A stretch of 64,000 bases of DNA from Eledone cirrhosa (Eukaryota), in NCBI GenBank assembly GCA_964016885.1, contig OZ024743.1, positions 285,696,001 to 285,760,000 of the forward strand, read 5' to 3'. The position numbers and the translations under genes are program-made. This document shows positions 1 to 12,657 of the stretch, one piece after another (position 1 is the stretch's first letter; each line of letters opens with the position of its first letter). The notes under the pieces are model-generated. The model was not told the origin of the DNA. It saw only the letters and a list, made by a program, of their open reading frames with translations, and searched no databases.

Positions 1-420
1 GGTCACCATTCATGCACACTAGCATCACAAATTCATCGAAGCCTGCTCACTTCATTTTTTCTCTAGTTGTCACAATATCCTCTGCATTCACTTCCATGCA
101 ACATCCCATTTCACATGCAAACATTATCGAGCCAACCTTTCATTTGTAGAGAGAAACTAGAGGTAGTAATTTCCTGTTCTTATTCTAACTACTATGTTCT
201 CAGAGCAACTTCCTCCACTGGTAGTTGAATCACCCATGTATCAGAAGCTATCAGCTACTTTTCTGGATCATTCCTGGAATTGGAGAAAGTTTATTACATT
301 GGAGTTTTATCTACCAGCTATCCATGTGCATCTGCCACATACAAAGTCTGTCATTTTCATAATTTGACCCATCAGTTTTAGGCTTCTGTTGTTGCTCCTT
401 TCTGAGCATCACCGTTTCTC
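1..420 (-). mobile_element. Old degenerate RTE LINE fragment (C-terminal ORF2 region)
   Basis: Patchy similarity to the younger RTE copies in this window (e.g. ttctaactactatgttctcagagcaacttcctccactg vs 3941-3985); many indels. Confidence 0.65.
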
Positions 421-859
421 TTGTAACAATTAATTATTGTACTGTGATGTCAATCAGGGGATATAACAGCATCATGTATTACTTGATTAGTTATGTGGGT
501 GAACCCATTCCTACTTCACTAGATGATTTCATCATCTAGGTGACCCTTTGATGATCCAGTTACTTTTCCATCTTTCATCTTTCCATTACTTCTTTAACCT
601 TGTAACTGTCAATAACCAGTTCCTTTGTTAAGTCTACCAGCCTTGTGGTATTTAGTTATGGTTTCTGAATTCAAATTTCAAGCTTGCCATTTCTCCTTCC
701 AGAGACAATAAAATGAAATTCAAATCAATTACTGGGGTTGATTTAATCAAATTATACCCTTCCCTAAAATTTGAAACTTTGTGCCTGTGATAGAAATGAA
801 TATAATTTTTACTAAAAAAATAAAACAAAAAATGGGATGAAAGAAGGTATTATTTAACA

Positions 860-1322
860 CTAGCAGAAAAACCACCCTTCGGGTGGTTTTCTGCTAGCAT
901 GTGTAGTGTGTATATTGATATTATACGCAAGTATATATGCATGTAGATGTGATCAAATAAAATCGTAATTGAATATACACAGAAATTGAACAAAGACTGT
1001 TACACTGTCTTATGTAATCCGTAACATAATCCACAATACATTAAAAAGAAGACGATATTATATATAAACTGCATTAGGAGAAAATTAGTGACAGAAATAT
1101 ATGAATATTTATTTAAACGATCACTAACCGGAAGTGTTGACCTTTGAAAATTTTAAAGAAGTGAATCTTTAAATAAGTAATAACATATTTAATGAACAGC
1201 CACGAAATTTAGTGGATAAATTATGTAATATTTATTCAAAGTAATCCAACTTATTTTACTAAGGGGATAAAATATTATAAACCGTACGCAGTACCGCGCT
1301 TCTTACTTTATTACAGTTTAGA
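860..1322 (-). mobile_element. Non-autonomous Helitron, copy 1
   Basis: On the minus strand it starts A|TCTAAAC and ends CTGCTAG|T (5' TC, 3' CTRR, between A and T, no TSD), with a subterminal GC hairpin. A clearly homologous second copy lies at 5153-5621. Confidence 0.8.
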
Positions 1323-2644
1323 TACATAAGAGACTAAATATTACTATTACCCAAAAGTTATCTTGATATTTTACTGAGTAAAATGTTCTCTGAAACACTA
1401 AACACCACATCTAATGTGTACATATCCCCCCCCCCTCTCACACAAATATATTATCATCATTTAACATCCCTTTTCCCTGCTAAAATAAATTGATAAATAT
1501 TTAAAATTTTAGAAGAATTTCAACTGAATCAAATGTTTAGCTTTGTTTCACCCAAATATGTAACAGAAAAAGGTTGATAGTTGCTTCAAAGTTTCAGCTG
1601 TAACTAGCTTCTGTTTAAGCTGCAACTACAGAAGAATTGTACTCATTACGGCAAACTGAAACATTTGTCAATTTAGTCCTCCTGCTAAATTGTACATGTA
1701 TATTATACATAATTTATAACTAAATGGGCTGAACTAATGAATGCCATGGAAACTATATTTCACCATTAACAGGATATGAACTATCAACCTTTCAGCTGGT
1801 AGTTTCGTATTAAATCAGACAGCTTTAACTCTCAATGAAACTTATTTAAGAATCCCTAAAGGAGAGCTTAAATTCATTTATGTGCGGTTGTATTAGTTGG
1901 AAGATTACAATACATAATGTAAATGTTGTAATTTCATTAGCTCACAAGAACTGCTTAGATCAATGAACACTAATATCAAGTTTACTCTTCTTTTTCAAAT
2001 TATCTTGTATACTACACTACCTGCCTTTATGAATACCAATGAACACAAATATGTGGAGTCAACACAAAAACTTCTCTGAAAACTTGCATTTTAATATACA
2101 GCTATTTACCTCCCCTTTTTACATTGTCTCATGGAGTAGAATCAGCTAGTTCATACAAGTAAAAGAAAATAACTAGAATAAAGATTATAATTATTTTGGT
2201 GATGATGATGGTAGTTATATAGAAGAAAGTAGGCCAGGGAGAATAACTGGCACTAAACAGTTACATACGATTGAAATAAATTTTCTGTTGAAATACCAAA
2301 TTATTAAATGTTGAAAGAAATGTTTGATGCATTTATGTGGATTGCTGTAGTGTATCTTTACATTGAGTTCCAGCCCAATTGAAGTCAACTTTGCTATTCC
2401 TCCTTCCATGGTCAAGAAAATATGCACCAGTTGAATGTCATAGTCAATCTAAATCAACCACATTCATCCTCCAAATTTCAGACCTTGTGCCTATCTTATA
2501 AATCCATCTTTACACATAAAAGATTAGAAGAATTATGATAAGAAATGGAAGCATTTACACACATGTGTAAAACACTAACTTTTGTTCCAAACTGTTTATT
2601 GTTTGTTGCTCCACTGTTTTGATTTGATTTTTAAATGGTTGGAT

Positions 2645-2900
2645 CAGTGTTTATCAGCCTTGTAGAACCCTTGAAATAGTTTTCATGTCTTAAGGAACCT
2701 CTGTATAAAAATTATTGTATACCATTATTAATATCTATTTCTTTTAGAGGTTGAAGCCTTTATTATATTAACCAAGGATGTTCCAACAATATGCCATACA
2801 AATATAGTAAAATTACAAATATGAAATTAAACAAAAATTACTAAAAAAACATTAGGTTTTTTATCACTGATTCTTGTGCAACACCGGTTGAGAAATGTTG
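2645..2900. mobile_element. hAT-type MITE (Charlie/MER5-like termini)
   Basis: Termini CAGTGTTTATCAGCC...GGTTGAGAAATGTTG form an imperfect TIR; flanking 8-mers GGTTGGAT / GGTTACAT match 6/8, fitting an 8-bp TSD. Confidence 0.55.
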
Positions 2901-3073
2901 GGTTACATTGTAAAATCTCTTATTTTATAATGTTGAGGCTGATGACAAAATATCCATTTCTCATAGATCATTTTACAATTAGAAAATTAAATTTATTGTT
3001 GGTTAACTTGAGATTTACTGAAATATGTTTACATTTTAAACAAAGCCAATGTGCAAAGATAAAGAATACATAT

Positions 3074-5038
3074 CATCATCATCATCATCGTTTAACGTCC
3101 ATCTTCCACGCTTGCATGGGTTTGGACGGGAATTTTCCCACTTGAGGCAAGATTGGTTGTCTTGCTCGTATAGAACTGTCTGGCGGGTTTTCTATGGCTG
3201 GATGCCCTTCCTAACACCAACCACGTTTACAGTGTGGACTGGGAGGTTTTTACTGTGTTACCTACACAGCCACATTACAGTGTGGACTGTGTTTTTTTGT
3301 TGTGACTCCTACACGACCTCATTTATTTCGGACTGGATGTTGTGGTACCAACATAACTTTACATCGAAAGGAGTGGGGGTAGTGGGACGGGGGTGTATTT
3401 TTGTTAAGAGGTGCTTACTGACTGTAGGTTTCGCTTTGTACTTAGGCAAGGCGAGTCTTCTGTATTACTGTGTAGCGCCAAAGATCTCGGTCCAGTGACA
3501 TTGTCTTGGAGAGGTGTAAGTGTGTGAGGTCGGAATTTATCAAGTCGTCCCAGGTTTTTCTGGGTCTGCCTACTCCGTGGCAACCGTCTATTTTTATCAC
3601 CCTGTACTTTTTTATACAGTTGTCGTCCTTCATGCGCATCACGTGACCATACCAACATAGTCTTCTCTCGAGTAAACAACATCTGATCCCTCTTATTCCT
3701 AATTTCTCCCTTAGTTCATTTATGCTTTGCCATTCACGTATATTACTATTACACATCCAACGGAGCATGCAAGCTTCGTTTCTCTCCAGTCTGCAAATAT
3801 CCTCTGCACACAATGCCTAAGTCTCACTGCCATGTAACATTGCTGTTCGTATGCAGGCATCATACAGCCTGCCTTTTTTTTTAGAGAGAACCCTTTAGCG
3901 GCCAATAGTGGTATAAGCTCTCTGAAGTTTTTGCATCCCGTTCTGACTCTAGCTACTGTACTTTCAGAGCACCCTCCACCACTGCTGATTTTGTCACCCA
4001 GGTAACGGAAGGTGTCCACTATTTCTATAGAACCATCTGTGCAATGGAATAAGTTAGTATTCTGTGGGCACTTACTGCTACTTATTGCACCTGAGCACCG
4101 GCCACATATAAAATCTATATTCTTAGTTAGCTTACCTGTGATCCCACTACATCTTTTATGCACCCATACTTTGCATTTGGGACATAAAATGGAGTTTCTG
4201 CCTACTCCTTTCCTACACACTGAGCATGGCCATTTCCCAGATGGGACCAGTGCCCTATTTTCCTTCCTACAAACTAGAACTTTAGTCTTAGACAGGTTAA
4301 TTTTAAGGCCTTTTGATTCTAAGCCATGCTTCCATGTTTGTAATTTCTTCTCTAGTTCAGCCATTGATTCAGCTATGAGCGTTAGATCATCTGCGTATAG
4401 GAGTTCCCATAGGCAGCCGGTCTTGAACTCCTCTGTTATAGCCTGAAGGGCAATAATAAATAGTAGGGGGCTAAGAACGGAGCCCTGATGAACACCAACT
4501 TTTATGCTAAACTCTTCACTATATTCGTTGTTAATTCTAACCTTGCTGACTGTTTCTTTATACATGGCTTGTATAGCTCTCACAAGCCATTCATCAACAC
4601 CTAGTTTTCTAAAAGCCCACCAGATAATGGAGCAGGCGGACTCTGTCGAAGGCTTTCTCCAAGTCAATAAAAGCTAAGTATAGGGGTTTACTTTTAGCTA
4701 GGTACTTCTCCTGTAGTTGTCGTATAATGAAAAGAGCGTCTGTGGTACTTTACCTGACACAAACCCGAACTGCATTTCATCTAGATCAATTCGCTCTCTG
4801 ATTAGTTGCGCTATTACTTTTTCTGTGACCTTCATGACCTGGTCAATTAATTTAATGCCTCTATAGTTTTCCCTATCTAGGGCATCTCCTTTACCCTTGT
4901 AGCAGTTAATGGTGATGCTGCTACGCCAGTCCTTCGGAACGGCCCCATTCTGTATGACTTTGTTTACTATCCGGGTGACCATAGTGTGTCCCACCGTTCC
5001 AGATGCTTTCAGCATTTCAGCAACTATTTCCGAAGGCC
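3074..5038 (-). mobile_element. 5'-truncated RTE LINE, family A (RT, PHD-like finger, C-terminus, 3'UTR), frameshifted
   Basis: ORFs 4698-5102, 3720-4667 and 3442-3813 carry RT motifs (GVHQGSVLSPLLF, LLYADD, FRYLG) and the RTE C-terminal WYGHVMRM..GRPRKTW motif; (GAT)n tail; possible 5-bp TSD CATAT. Confidence 0.95.
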
Positions 5039-5114
5039 CATATATGAAATGAATGATAATGTGATAAACAGAACTATCAGTGAGGAGATTGGGCACTGAC
5101 ATTTATTTTATTCC

Positions 5115-5150
<36 letters not shown>
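5115..5150. repeat. (TTA)n microsatellite
   Basis: Read directly. Confidence 0.95.
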
Positions 5151-5152
5151 CA

Positions 5153-5621
5153 CTAGCTGAAAAACCACCCTTAGGGTGGTTTTCTGCTAGCATGTGTAGT
5201 GTGCATATTGATATTATACGCAAGTATATATGCATGTAGATATGATACATCAAATAAAATTGACAATATGCACAGAAATTGATCGAAGACTGCGTTACAG
5301 TGTCTTATGTAATCAGTAACGTAATCCATGATACATTAAAAAAAGACGATATTATATATAAATTGCATTAGGAGAAAATTAGTGACGGAAATATATGAAT
5401 GTTTATTTAAGCGATCGTTAACCAGAAGTGTTGACATTTGAAAATTTTAAAGAACTGAATCTTAAAATAAGCAACCAAATTTATATTTAATCAAGAATAA
5501 TGAAAATAAATTGTAATATTCATTTATTATTTATTCAAAGTAATCCAACTTATTCTACAAACGGGATAAAAAAATATATTCTAGGTTTAGTCCTACACTC
5601 CTTACTTTATTATAGTTTAGA
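5153..5621 (-). mobile_element. Non-autonomous Helitron, copy 2
   Basis: Same A|TC...CTAG|T termini and hairpin as 860-1322; collinear homology over most of its length. Confidence 0.8.
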
Positions 5622-6022
5622 TCATCAGTAGTTAACAGTCAGTGGTGGTGTATAAAAGGTTGTGTGTTATTTAACTATGCCTTTTTACGTTTTGTTTTCA
5701 ACTTTACCTTCATCTTATTGAAGTTGATAAAATGAAGTATCAGTCAAGTACTGGTTCAATTGCGTCAACTCTATCCTTTCTCGAAATTTCTGGCCTTGTG
5801 CCTATGTCAGAAATTATTATTATAAGGACAGTAGAATGACAAACAAAATACCTTCAAGTGTCTAGTTACTCCTCTTCGTATTCAGAATTCAAATCGTACC
5901 ATGGTCGACTTTATTGACCTAAGAATTAAGAAAAGCTAAGTTAGAATCAAGTACAAGAGTTGATTTAATCAGCTATTCTCCCTAAAAAAAAACGTGGCCT
6001 TGTGCCATTATTATTATTGGTA

Positions 6023-6250
6023 GGGCAGTGGATTGGCAGAATTGGTAGTGTTGGACATCATGCTTTGCAACATAGAGCTATGGCACTTTATGATCTGAGT
6101 TCAAATTCCGCCGAGGTAAACTTTGCCTTTCATCCTTACGGGGTCGAATAAATAAAGTACCAGTCACGCACTGGGGCCAATTTCATCGACCCCCCCCCCC
6201 CCAAAAAAAAAATATTGCTGGCCTTGTGCCTAAATAAGAAACCATTATTA
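6023..6250 (+). mobile_element. tRNA-derived SINE with Deu/Nin-like central domain
   Basis: A box (TGGCAGAATTGG), B box (GTTCAAATT), GCCTTTCATCCTTACGGGGTCGAATAAATAAAGTACCAG domain, (TTA)n tail; ATTATTGGTA repeated on both sides. Confidence 0.8.
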
Positions 6251-6730
6251 TTATTGGTATGTTTTTCATTTCTTGCATTCTTAATCTACCACTCATAACA
6301 AAAAGGCAAACAGCATCACTGAGTGTAACAAAAACTGGATGTGAATGTTCTATTTGCCTATCTGTTTGCATCTTCATGTCCCATAGTTCTTTCACATGGT
6401 TGTTTTCAAGGGCATATTCTTAGTTTGTGATCCTGCTACATTTTCACATCCTTAAATTCAAACTCTTGTAAAATTGTAGAATTTTGTCATGTCTCCAATT
6501 CTTAAAATCGTTTTGAGCAAACATCTTGCATTAGAGTCGCTTCTCTTTCACTACACATTCACCATGATGTCTTCATTATCTAAATTCTATCTGATGTATC
6601 TCATTCTGATTGCTTAACCCTGCACAGCTAATCTCTTGCATGAAAAATCTAAAAGTTGACACCAACTCCTAGTTAGAGTTGTTTCTAGCAGTTCGTGAAA
6701 ATTAGTTTTGACTATTCCTCAACTGTTCTT

Positions 6731-6880
6731 GCAGGCATGACTGTTTAGTTAAGAAGTAGACTTTGCAAACACTTCATTTTGGGTTTGTTCTTACATCCTA
6801 CTGCTTGGCACCTTAGGCAAGTGTCTTCTAATACCTTGTGGATGAAATTGGTATATAGAAAATGTGCATAAGTCATTACA
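6731..6880 (+). mobile_element. Degenerate tRNA/CORE-like SINE (Octopus-type)
   Basis: GGCACCTTAGGCAAGTGTCTTCTA core; a related copy lies at about 50570-50720. Confidence 0.55.
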
Positions 6881-7957
6881 TATATGAAATTAAATTTACA
6901 GCTCTCGCCTATGCAGGTTTAGCTGCCCTCTTGTAAGGTTGCATCTCATTGTGTGTGCGTGCATGCATATATTTGTTTGTGCATGTCTTCATATTGACAG
7001 CAGTGTTGTTTGCTTATTTCCCCCCCCCCCCCCCCCAGTTTGACAGGTGAAGTTTGGTAGAAAAAGTACCTAACTTGAAAAAACAAATAAGAGTTGGCAT
7101 CCAAAAGAGCATTTAGCCTTTGAATACTGCCCCCAAAAATGTCTCCCCTAACCCATGACATATTGCAGAAGTACGCATAAAAACGATGATGATGAGTTTT
7201 GAATGTTCTTGAATCTGAGAGGAATCATTACAGTACCATTTGAAGCTTGTTTCGAAGATCTTAACCTAATACTGTAAATTAATGAAATATTTATTAGATG
7301 TGCATTACTATTATTGTTCACGGAAGTAAACTTGCTCCTCCCCTCCCTTTCCCCATATATAAATTAGTCAAAGGAAGAAGTGCAGTGCCCATGACCATTG
7401 CAGGTTCTCTCAGAATGTTCCAATAGAAGATATCTACACTGATGTCTGTAGTACTTTTTATAGTGTGGGGAACCTGACTAGCTAATGTTTCAATAACAAC
7501 CTGATTAGCGACATATTAACCTTTGCTAGTAAAACACAAACCTAACAACCCAACCAACTATAACTCACACAGATATTAATTAATTTAGTTGACTATAGAT
7601 AGTTACAATAACTGGTTGATTATCATTTTTTTTAAATTAATACTTCTTGTTTCTAAGCCAGTGAGGAAACCTCTATTCAGTTGCTCAACCAACTAAAACT
7701 ATCAGCTAGATCTTACTCAAATCACATTCATCTTAAAAGGAGACATTCAATGTCATCCTAGATTACACTGTCTAAAGAAAACACAGGATGGTCACGATTG
7801 GAAGGTCTTAGATCATTGGTTTGTTTGCAAAGAGGCAAACGACTTTGTGATTAGGGACAAGAATTAATCAGTAAACCATTTAAAATCTGAAATCTTGTGA
7901 TACTGTCTGAACAAGTGAAATCACTCTATTTACATACAAACTTTTTATGTAAAATTA

Positions 7958-8155
7958 TGAGGGTTAGCTGAAAAGTTCATAGCCTGACTCAGATGCTCTC
8001 ATAGAATGACCAAATGAGGTTTATTTTTCAACATAGTCTATGGAAAGAAACAATGCAGTTATTAATAAGAAGAGTTGAAATAAATGCATGCAAGATTTCA
8101 CAACTATAGCATGAATCCTTCATAGTCAGCCTATGAACTTTTCAGCCAACTCTCA
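7958..8155. mobile_element. Tc1/mariner-type MITE
   Basis: About 32-bp TIRs (TGAGGGTTAGCTGAAAAGTTCATAGCCTGACT / AGTCAGCCTATGAACTTTTCAGCCAACTCTCA, 3 mismatches) flanked by TA on both sides. Confidence 0.85.
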
Positions 8156-8828
8156 TAGAATAATTGATGTGCTTATTTTTTTTTAATTCATTGTAAATAA
8201 ATAATATATGAATAAATTTGCAGCCATATTTGATGTTTTACCAGTTGTTCCTTACCATGTTGAACTCTGGAATATATAATATAATAAACTGAATCTACTA
8301 AATAGGTTTTGATTTCTAATACCCATAATAAACAGCTGGCTTGGCTGTAATTCCTGATAGAATGTAACACACAGCAACATAATGTTTTCAATTATCTTAA
8401 AATTGTTAATATACTTGTGTGTGTTTCCATGTGTTTATATGTATGTGCCTCTATATGCCTATGTGTTTAAAGTAATTTCAAATATTGTTTTATTTTGTCA
8501 CTCTCTCTTTCATTTATCTCCTTGTTTCTCTCTCTCTCTCTCAACTCTGAGTCTTTTTCCTATCTGAAATATCTGCTATGTGATTTAGTTATGCATTTTA
8601 ATCTTGTTGTTGCCATTAACAAACATCAGTAGTAATAAAACAAGACTATAGGATTTATTTAGAGAAACTTTTTTATTATTTTATTTACTTTTTAACATTT
8701 ACTGGCCAGATTTATTTATAATTGGTTTAATTTTTCTCTCTGTATGTTGTGTTCAGTATGTCCAGAATCTTTGTAAAATTTATTAAAAAAGGAAATAAAA
8801 CATTGCCTTATTTGATTTTTAATTAATA

Positions 8829-8920
8829 ATTGTTTCTACTTTTGGCACAAGGCCAGAAAATTACCCAGTGTATTACTGGTACTTTATTTTATCGACTCTC
8901 TACCGATATTGCCAATCCAG
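8829..8920 (-). mobile_element. Internally deleted Deu/Nin-like SINE
   Basis: Head and tail match 13433-13611 with the middle missing. Confidence 0.7.
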
Positions 8921-11081
8921 TTGTTGCTTAACCCAATGTCAGTTATATCATCAGACAAACTTATCAAGTGCCATGATAATCCTATACTTTAGTCAGGGAA
9001 AAAGAGCAGTGTGCTGAACCATTTTAGTTTTAGCCACTACTCCCCCCTCTTGAGACATGGCCCAAATGACCCTTTTTATTTTTAGAGCCCCCAGAGACCT
9101 AGTCAAAATGCTTGAAATAGAGTGAACTCTGCTCAAAGTATCCAATATACCAAGTGGCGTTGTTAGAACAGTTGATGGATTAAATCAACCCACCAATTCG
9201 CAGGACTGGTACTTTATTTTAACAATCCTGAAAGGGTGAAATGAAAAATCTGCCTCAGTGGGGTTGAATTCAAGGTACAGTGAACCAGGACAAACACCAC
9301 AAGATAAGACTGGCCAGAGGTCACATCTTACTTACATAGGTTTCCTCACTCTATCATGACACCAGCACTAGAGAGGTTACCATGTCTTTGACACAACTGA
9401 AGAATACTCTGGACACTTTGTTTGGCACATTTTCTATGGCTGGATGCCCTTCATATCACCAACCAATTTACAGAGTATACTGAGTGTTTGATCGTGCTTT
9501 TGACACAACGGAAGGGTCTTCTCATCCCTTTTTTTGGCATGTTTTTTACAACTGGAAGTCCTTTCTAACACCAACCACTTTACAGGGTGTACTAGGTGCA
9601 TTTTATCATGGCGCCAGCACTTGGGAAGCCTTCTCTACTCTGGGGGGATAGGAGGTTGGGGGAATAGAATCTGGAGAGGTAGGAAGCATATCATGGGTAA
9701 GGGAATGTAAGTGGGGGGTGTGATAAGTATAATGTCATGAGTGTATGACAGGTGTGGTGGGGTTCAATAGGGTGATATAGGAGAGAGAAGAGGTGAGAAA
9801 GTATATCAGGAGGAGGCAAGTATGGTGAAATTTGATAAGGGGATGAGAGGAAGGGATGTTGGGACGATCTCGGATATAGTGGAGCATACTGAGATGAAGC
9901 AAACAGCTATTGAGGAATTATGACTGGTGTTCAGGATTTAAACGGGGAGGGGTGTACAGTGATGTTGAGAATTGTTTCTAAAGGGAGATGTAGAATTTGA
10001 CATGTTGATCAGAGGAAAGGGAGGGGTGGAGTAATCTTGGATTGTGGGGAGGGACAGGGGGGTGTACTGTGATGATGTAAAGTTAGTAAAGTTATAACTG
10101 ATATATATATACATAATGTATATTTATGTGTGTGTGTGTATATATAAATATACAAATATACACAAACACATACAGAGAGAGATAGGGAGAGAGTGATCAT
10201 CACCCTTTTATCATCAGCTTAATAATAAAGAAGTTAAATGACTAAATCTATTTATATTCTTGATTTTCAAAATTATATGAAAATTATAGGCAATGCCATT
10301 CAATAAAAATATGGTAACTGGGTTAATATTGTATTTTTTTCCTTAAAAAATAATTATATAAAATGTTATAAGTACAAGCTGGTATTTTAAGGACTGAAAA
10401 TTCAAATTCATCAATGATCAGATTTACTTCTAAGATTTTCCATTGCTTGTGGCACTATCATGGTAGATTAGTTGCCATAACAAGGTCATGGTGGACTGCA
10501 GCTGCTGTAAATATTACATAAATTCCTGCTAGAGCCCCTTAGAAACTCACAACTAATATTTTCATAACAAAGTGAATGCAGGAGAAACTTCTTCCCAAAA
10601 GAGAATATCAGAGTATTATATGTAACATTCTCAGGAGATTTTGTTCTTATTACTGACATTCATTGCTCAAATCCATGAGAAAACGGGATGCATTGAAGTA
10701 ACAAAATTTGGACAATTTATATACTGGTAATCCAACTCTGTTCTTTCAGCTCTATGTTACAGTGATTGACCAAATATCTACTGTTTCATAACTCCTTACT
10801 CTTGTGCAGTTAGATGGTCTTCCATACATCCATAGGCATGTCTTATTTTCGATTCTCCAGAATATCTAAGTCACCTTTCAAACTAGATGTCAGTAGAATA
10901 GATTAATGTTGTTGCCCTCTTTTTTATTACATCTGATGAAATGGTCTTAATATAGGGCTTAGATTACCTTATACTCACTCACAGCTGACTTCTTCACTAA
11001 AAGATTGCTGCTTCTGATGCTTACTGATCTAGATCTAGCTATCTCTTTTTCTTTTTGCTTTTTTCTTCTCTTTTTTTTCAG

Positions 11082-11120
11082 AGATTTTTGGAATTACCTT
11101 ATCTGTATTAAATGAGATAG
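11082..11120 (+). CDS. Candidate 39-nt internal exon of an unidentified host gene (xIFGITLSVLNEI)
   Basis: About 38-nt pyrimidine tract plus CAG acceptor; AG|GTAGCA donor; open only in phase 1. Confidence 0.4.
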
Positions 11121-11723
11121 GTAGCATTGAAATGGTGCCAAGTGTACTGTTTGCTAGTTTGTTTCTCTGTTAGACAACTGCCAAAGACATTCTAATTCAA
11201 CCATCAGATATGAGAAGAGTAATAATCTCAACTGAGCTATTTTTGATGCACATTTTAGAATCTTACTAAACTTTATACTATGCTCTATTTATTGAATACT
11301 TTTTTAATATTCATTATACATGTCAAGTCTTTATATAGTGTTTACAGTCACATATTGTCCTGTATCTTGCAGATAAACGGACCTAAGGGAAATGGGCAAA
11401 TTTTATGGGCTAAATTGTCATTAAATGTTCACCTTAAGATATAAAGATATATAAAGACAGAAATAGGTGGGATGGTTTTTGCAAATTTTAGTAGTTGTCA
11501 AGCAATATTTTTTGTATGCCCAACCCCTTCCTATTACTAACTTCTCAAATGTCAATTAGGATTGGACTATGGTGTTACTGAAGTAATCTCAGACTATACG
11601 AGTTATGTGGTGACTTGCCTGGGTGTGAAACAGAATGCCAGTAGTGCAATTGACTGCAGTGACTCATGATTGTTATCAATAATAGTTCAGACATGGCTTC
11701 ATTTATTTTTTATTATATCTACA

Positions 11724-11943
11724 AGGCCAGCAGATTGGCAGTATCAGTAGAGCACCGAACAACATGCTTCATACCATATAGTTACGTCTTTTTAGGTTCT
11801 GAGTCCAAATCTCGTTCAGGTTAGCTTTGCCTCTCATCCTTACAGGGTTCAATAAAATAAGGTACCAGTAATGCACTAGTTCAATTTAATTGACTTTCCC
11901 CTCTTCCAAAATTGTTGGCCTATTGCCTAAAACAGAAACCATT
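11724..11943 (+). mobile_element. Deu/Nin-like tRNA-derived SINE (older copy)
   Basis: Collinear similarity to 6023-6250. Confidence 0.7.
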
Positions 11944-12537
11944 CACAAGTTTACTAAATTATTCAGATGTAGTTGCATCTGAAAATGTCTTATTCCAACT
12001 GAGAAGTTTAAAAATATATATTTTCAAAGAGGGATAAAATTCTGAAATATGTTCTTGTGAGGAAATTTTTCGATTTTTAAAAATTTAATAAAATATATAT
12101 ATTTCTTTATCACATACTTTATAACAATTGCATACAATTACTGAAACAGATGTGATAGAAGTTGGTGGGTACCAGTATAAAGAATATTGTAATGGTTTAA
12201 ACCACAACACACTTTTGCTTTGATGTATATATGTGTTTTTCAAATATATTTAATTTCTGTAATTGCTGGGAAAATAGAAAAAAAAAACATTCATCAGAAT
12301 CTGTAGGTTATTGCTTCAGTACATAACAGAAGTATTGTTACAGCTTTAGTATTATGTGCATGAGAAAATTGTACAATTCAGTTTACCTTAATCTATGTAG
12401 CTGACTGGCAGGTTCCATTCCTACTTCACAAATAAGTTTCTTTAGCAATAGTTAGCAAAGATAGTAATTTAGAAATAAGTATTAAAGGTAAACAAAGGGG
12501 TTGACTTAGGGAGCATTGGGAAAATTTGAAATGTGAG

Positions 12538-12657
12538 CGTTCTAACACAAATGACCGTAATAATAGTTGAAAAAAATTGGGTAAAGTACTTTACCCAATT
12601 TTCTCAACTATTATTTATAGTGATCATCTATTATTATGTTCATTTGCATTGGGATGT
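12538..12657. repeat. Palindromic (fold-back) element
   Basis: Near-perfect loopless palindrome 12559-12615 centred on AGTACT, with a weaker outer arm match to about 12628-12657. Confidence 0.75.

Noticed and set aside
3227-3290. Spaced TTACAGTGTGGACTG repeats resembling a CRISPR array
   Set aside because: Only two units, inside the RTE 3'UTR, in a eukaryotic context with no cas genes.
4012-4446. Recurrent + strand ORFs (also 37718-38152, 57854-58375, 3049-3498, 63024-63317)
   Set aside because: Antisense shadows of RTE ORF2 or the 3'UTR; they recur only because the repeat recurs.
860-5621. Two Helitrons bracketing an RTE as a composite transposon or LTR pair
   Set aside because: Each copy has its own complete termini, the copies are visibly diverged, and there is no outer TSD or TG..CA end.
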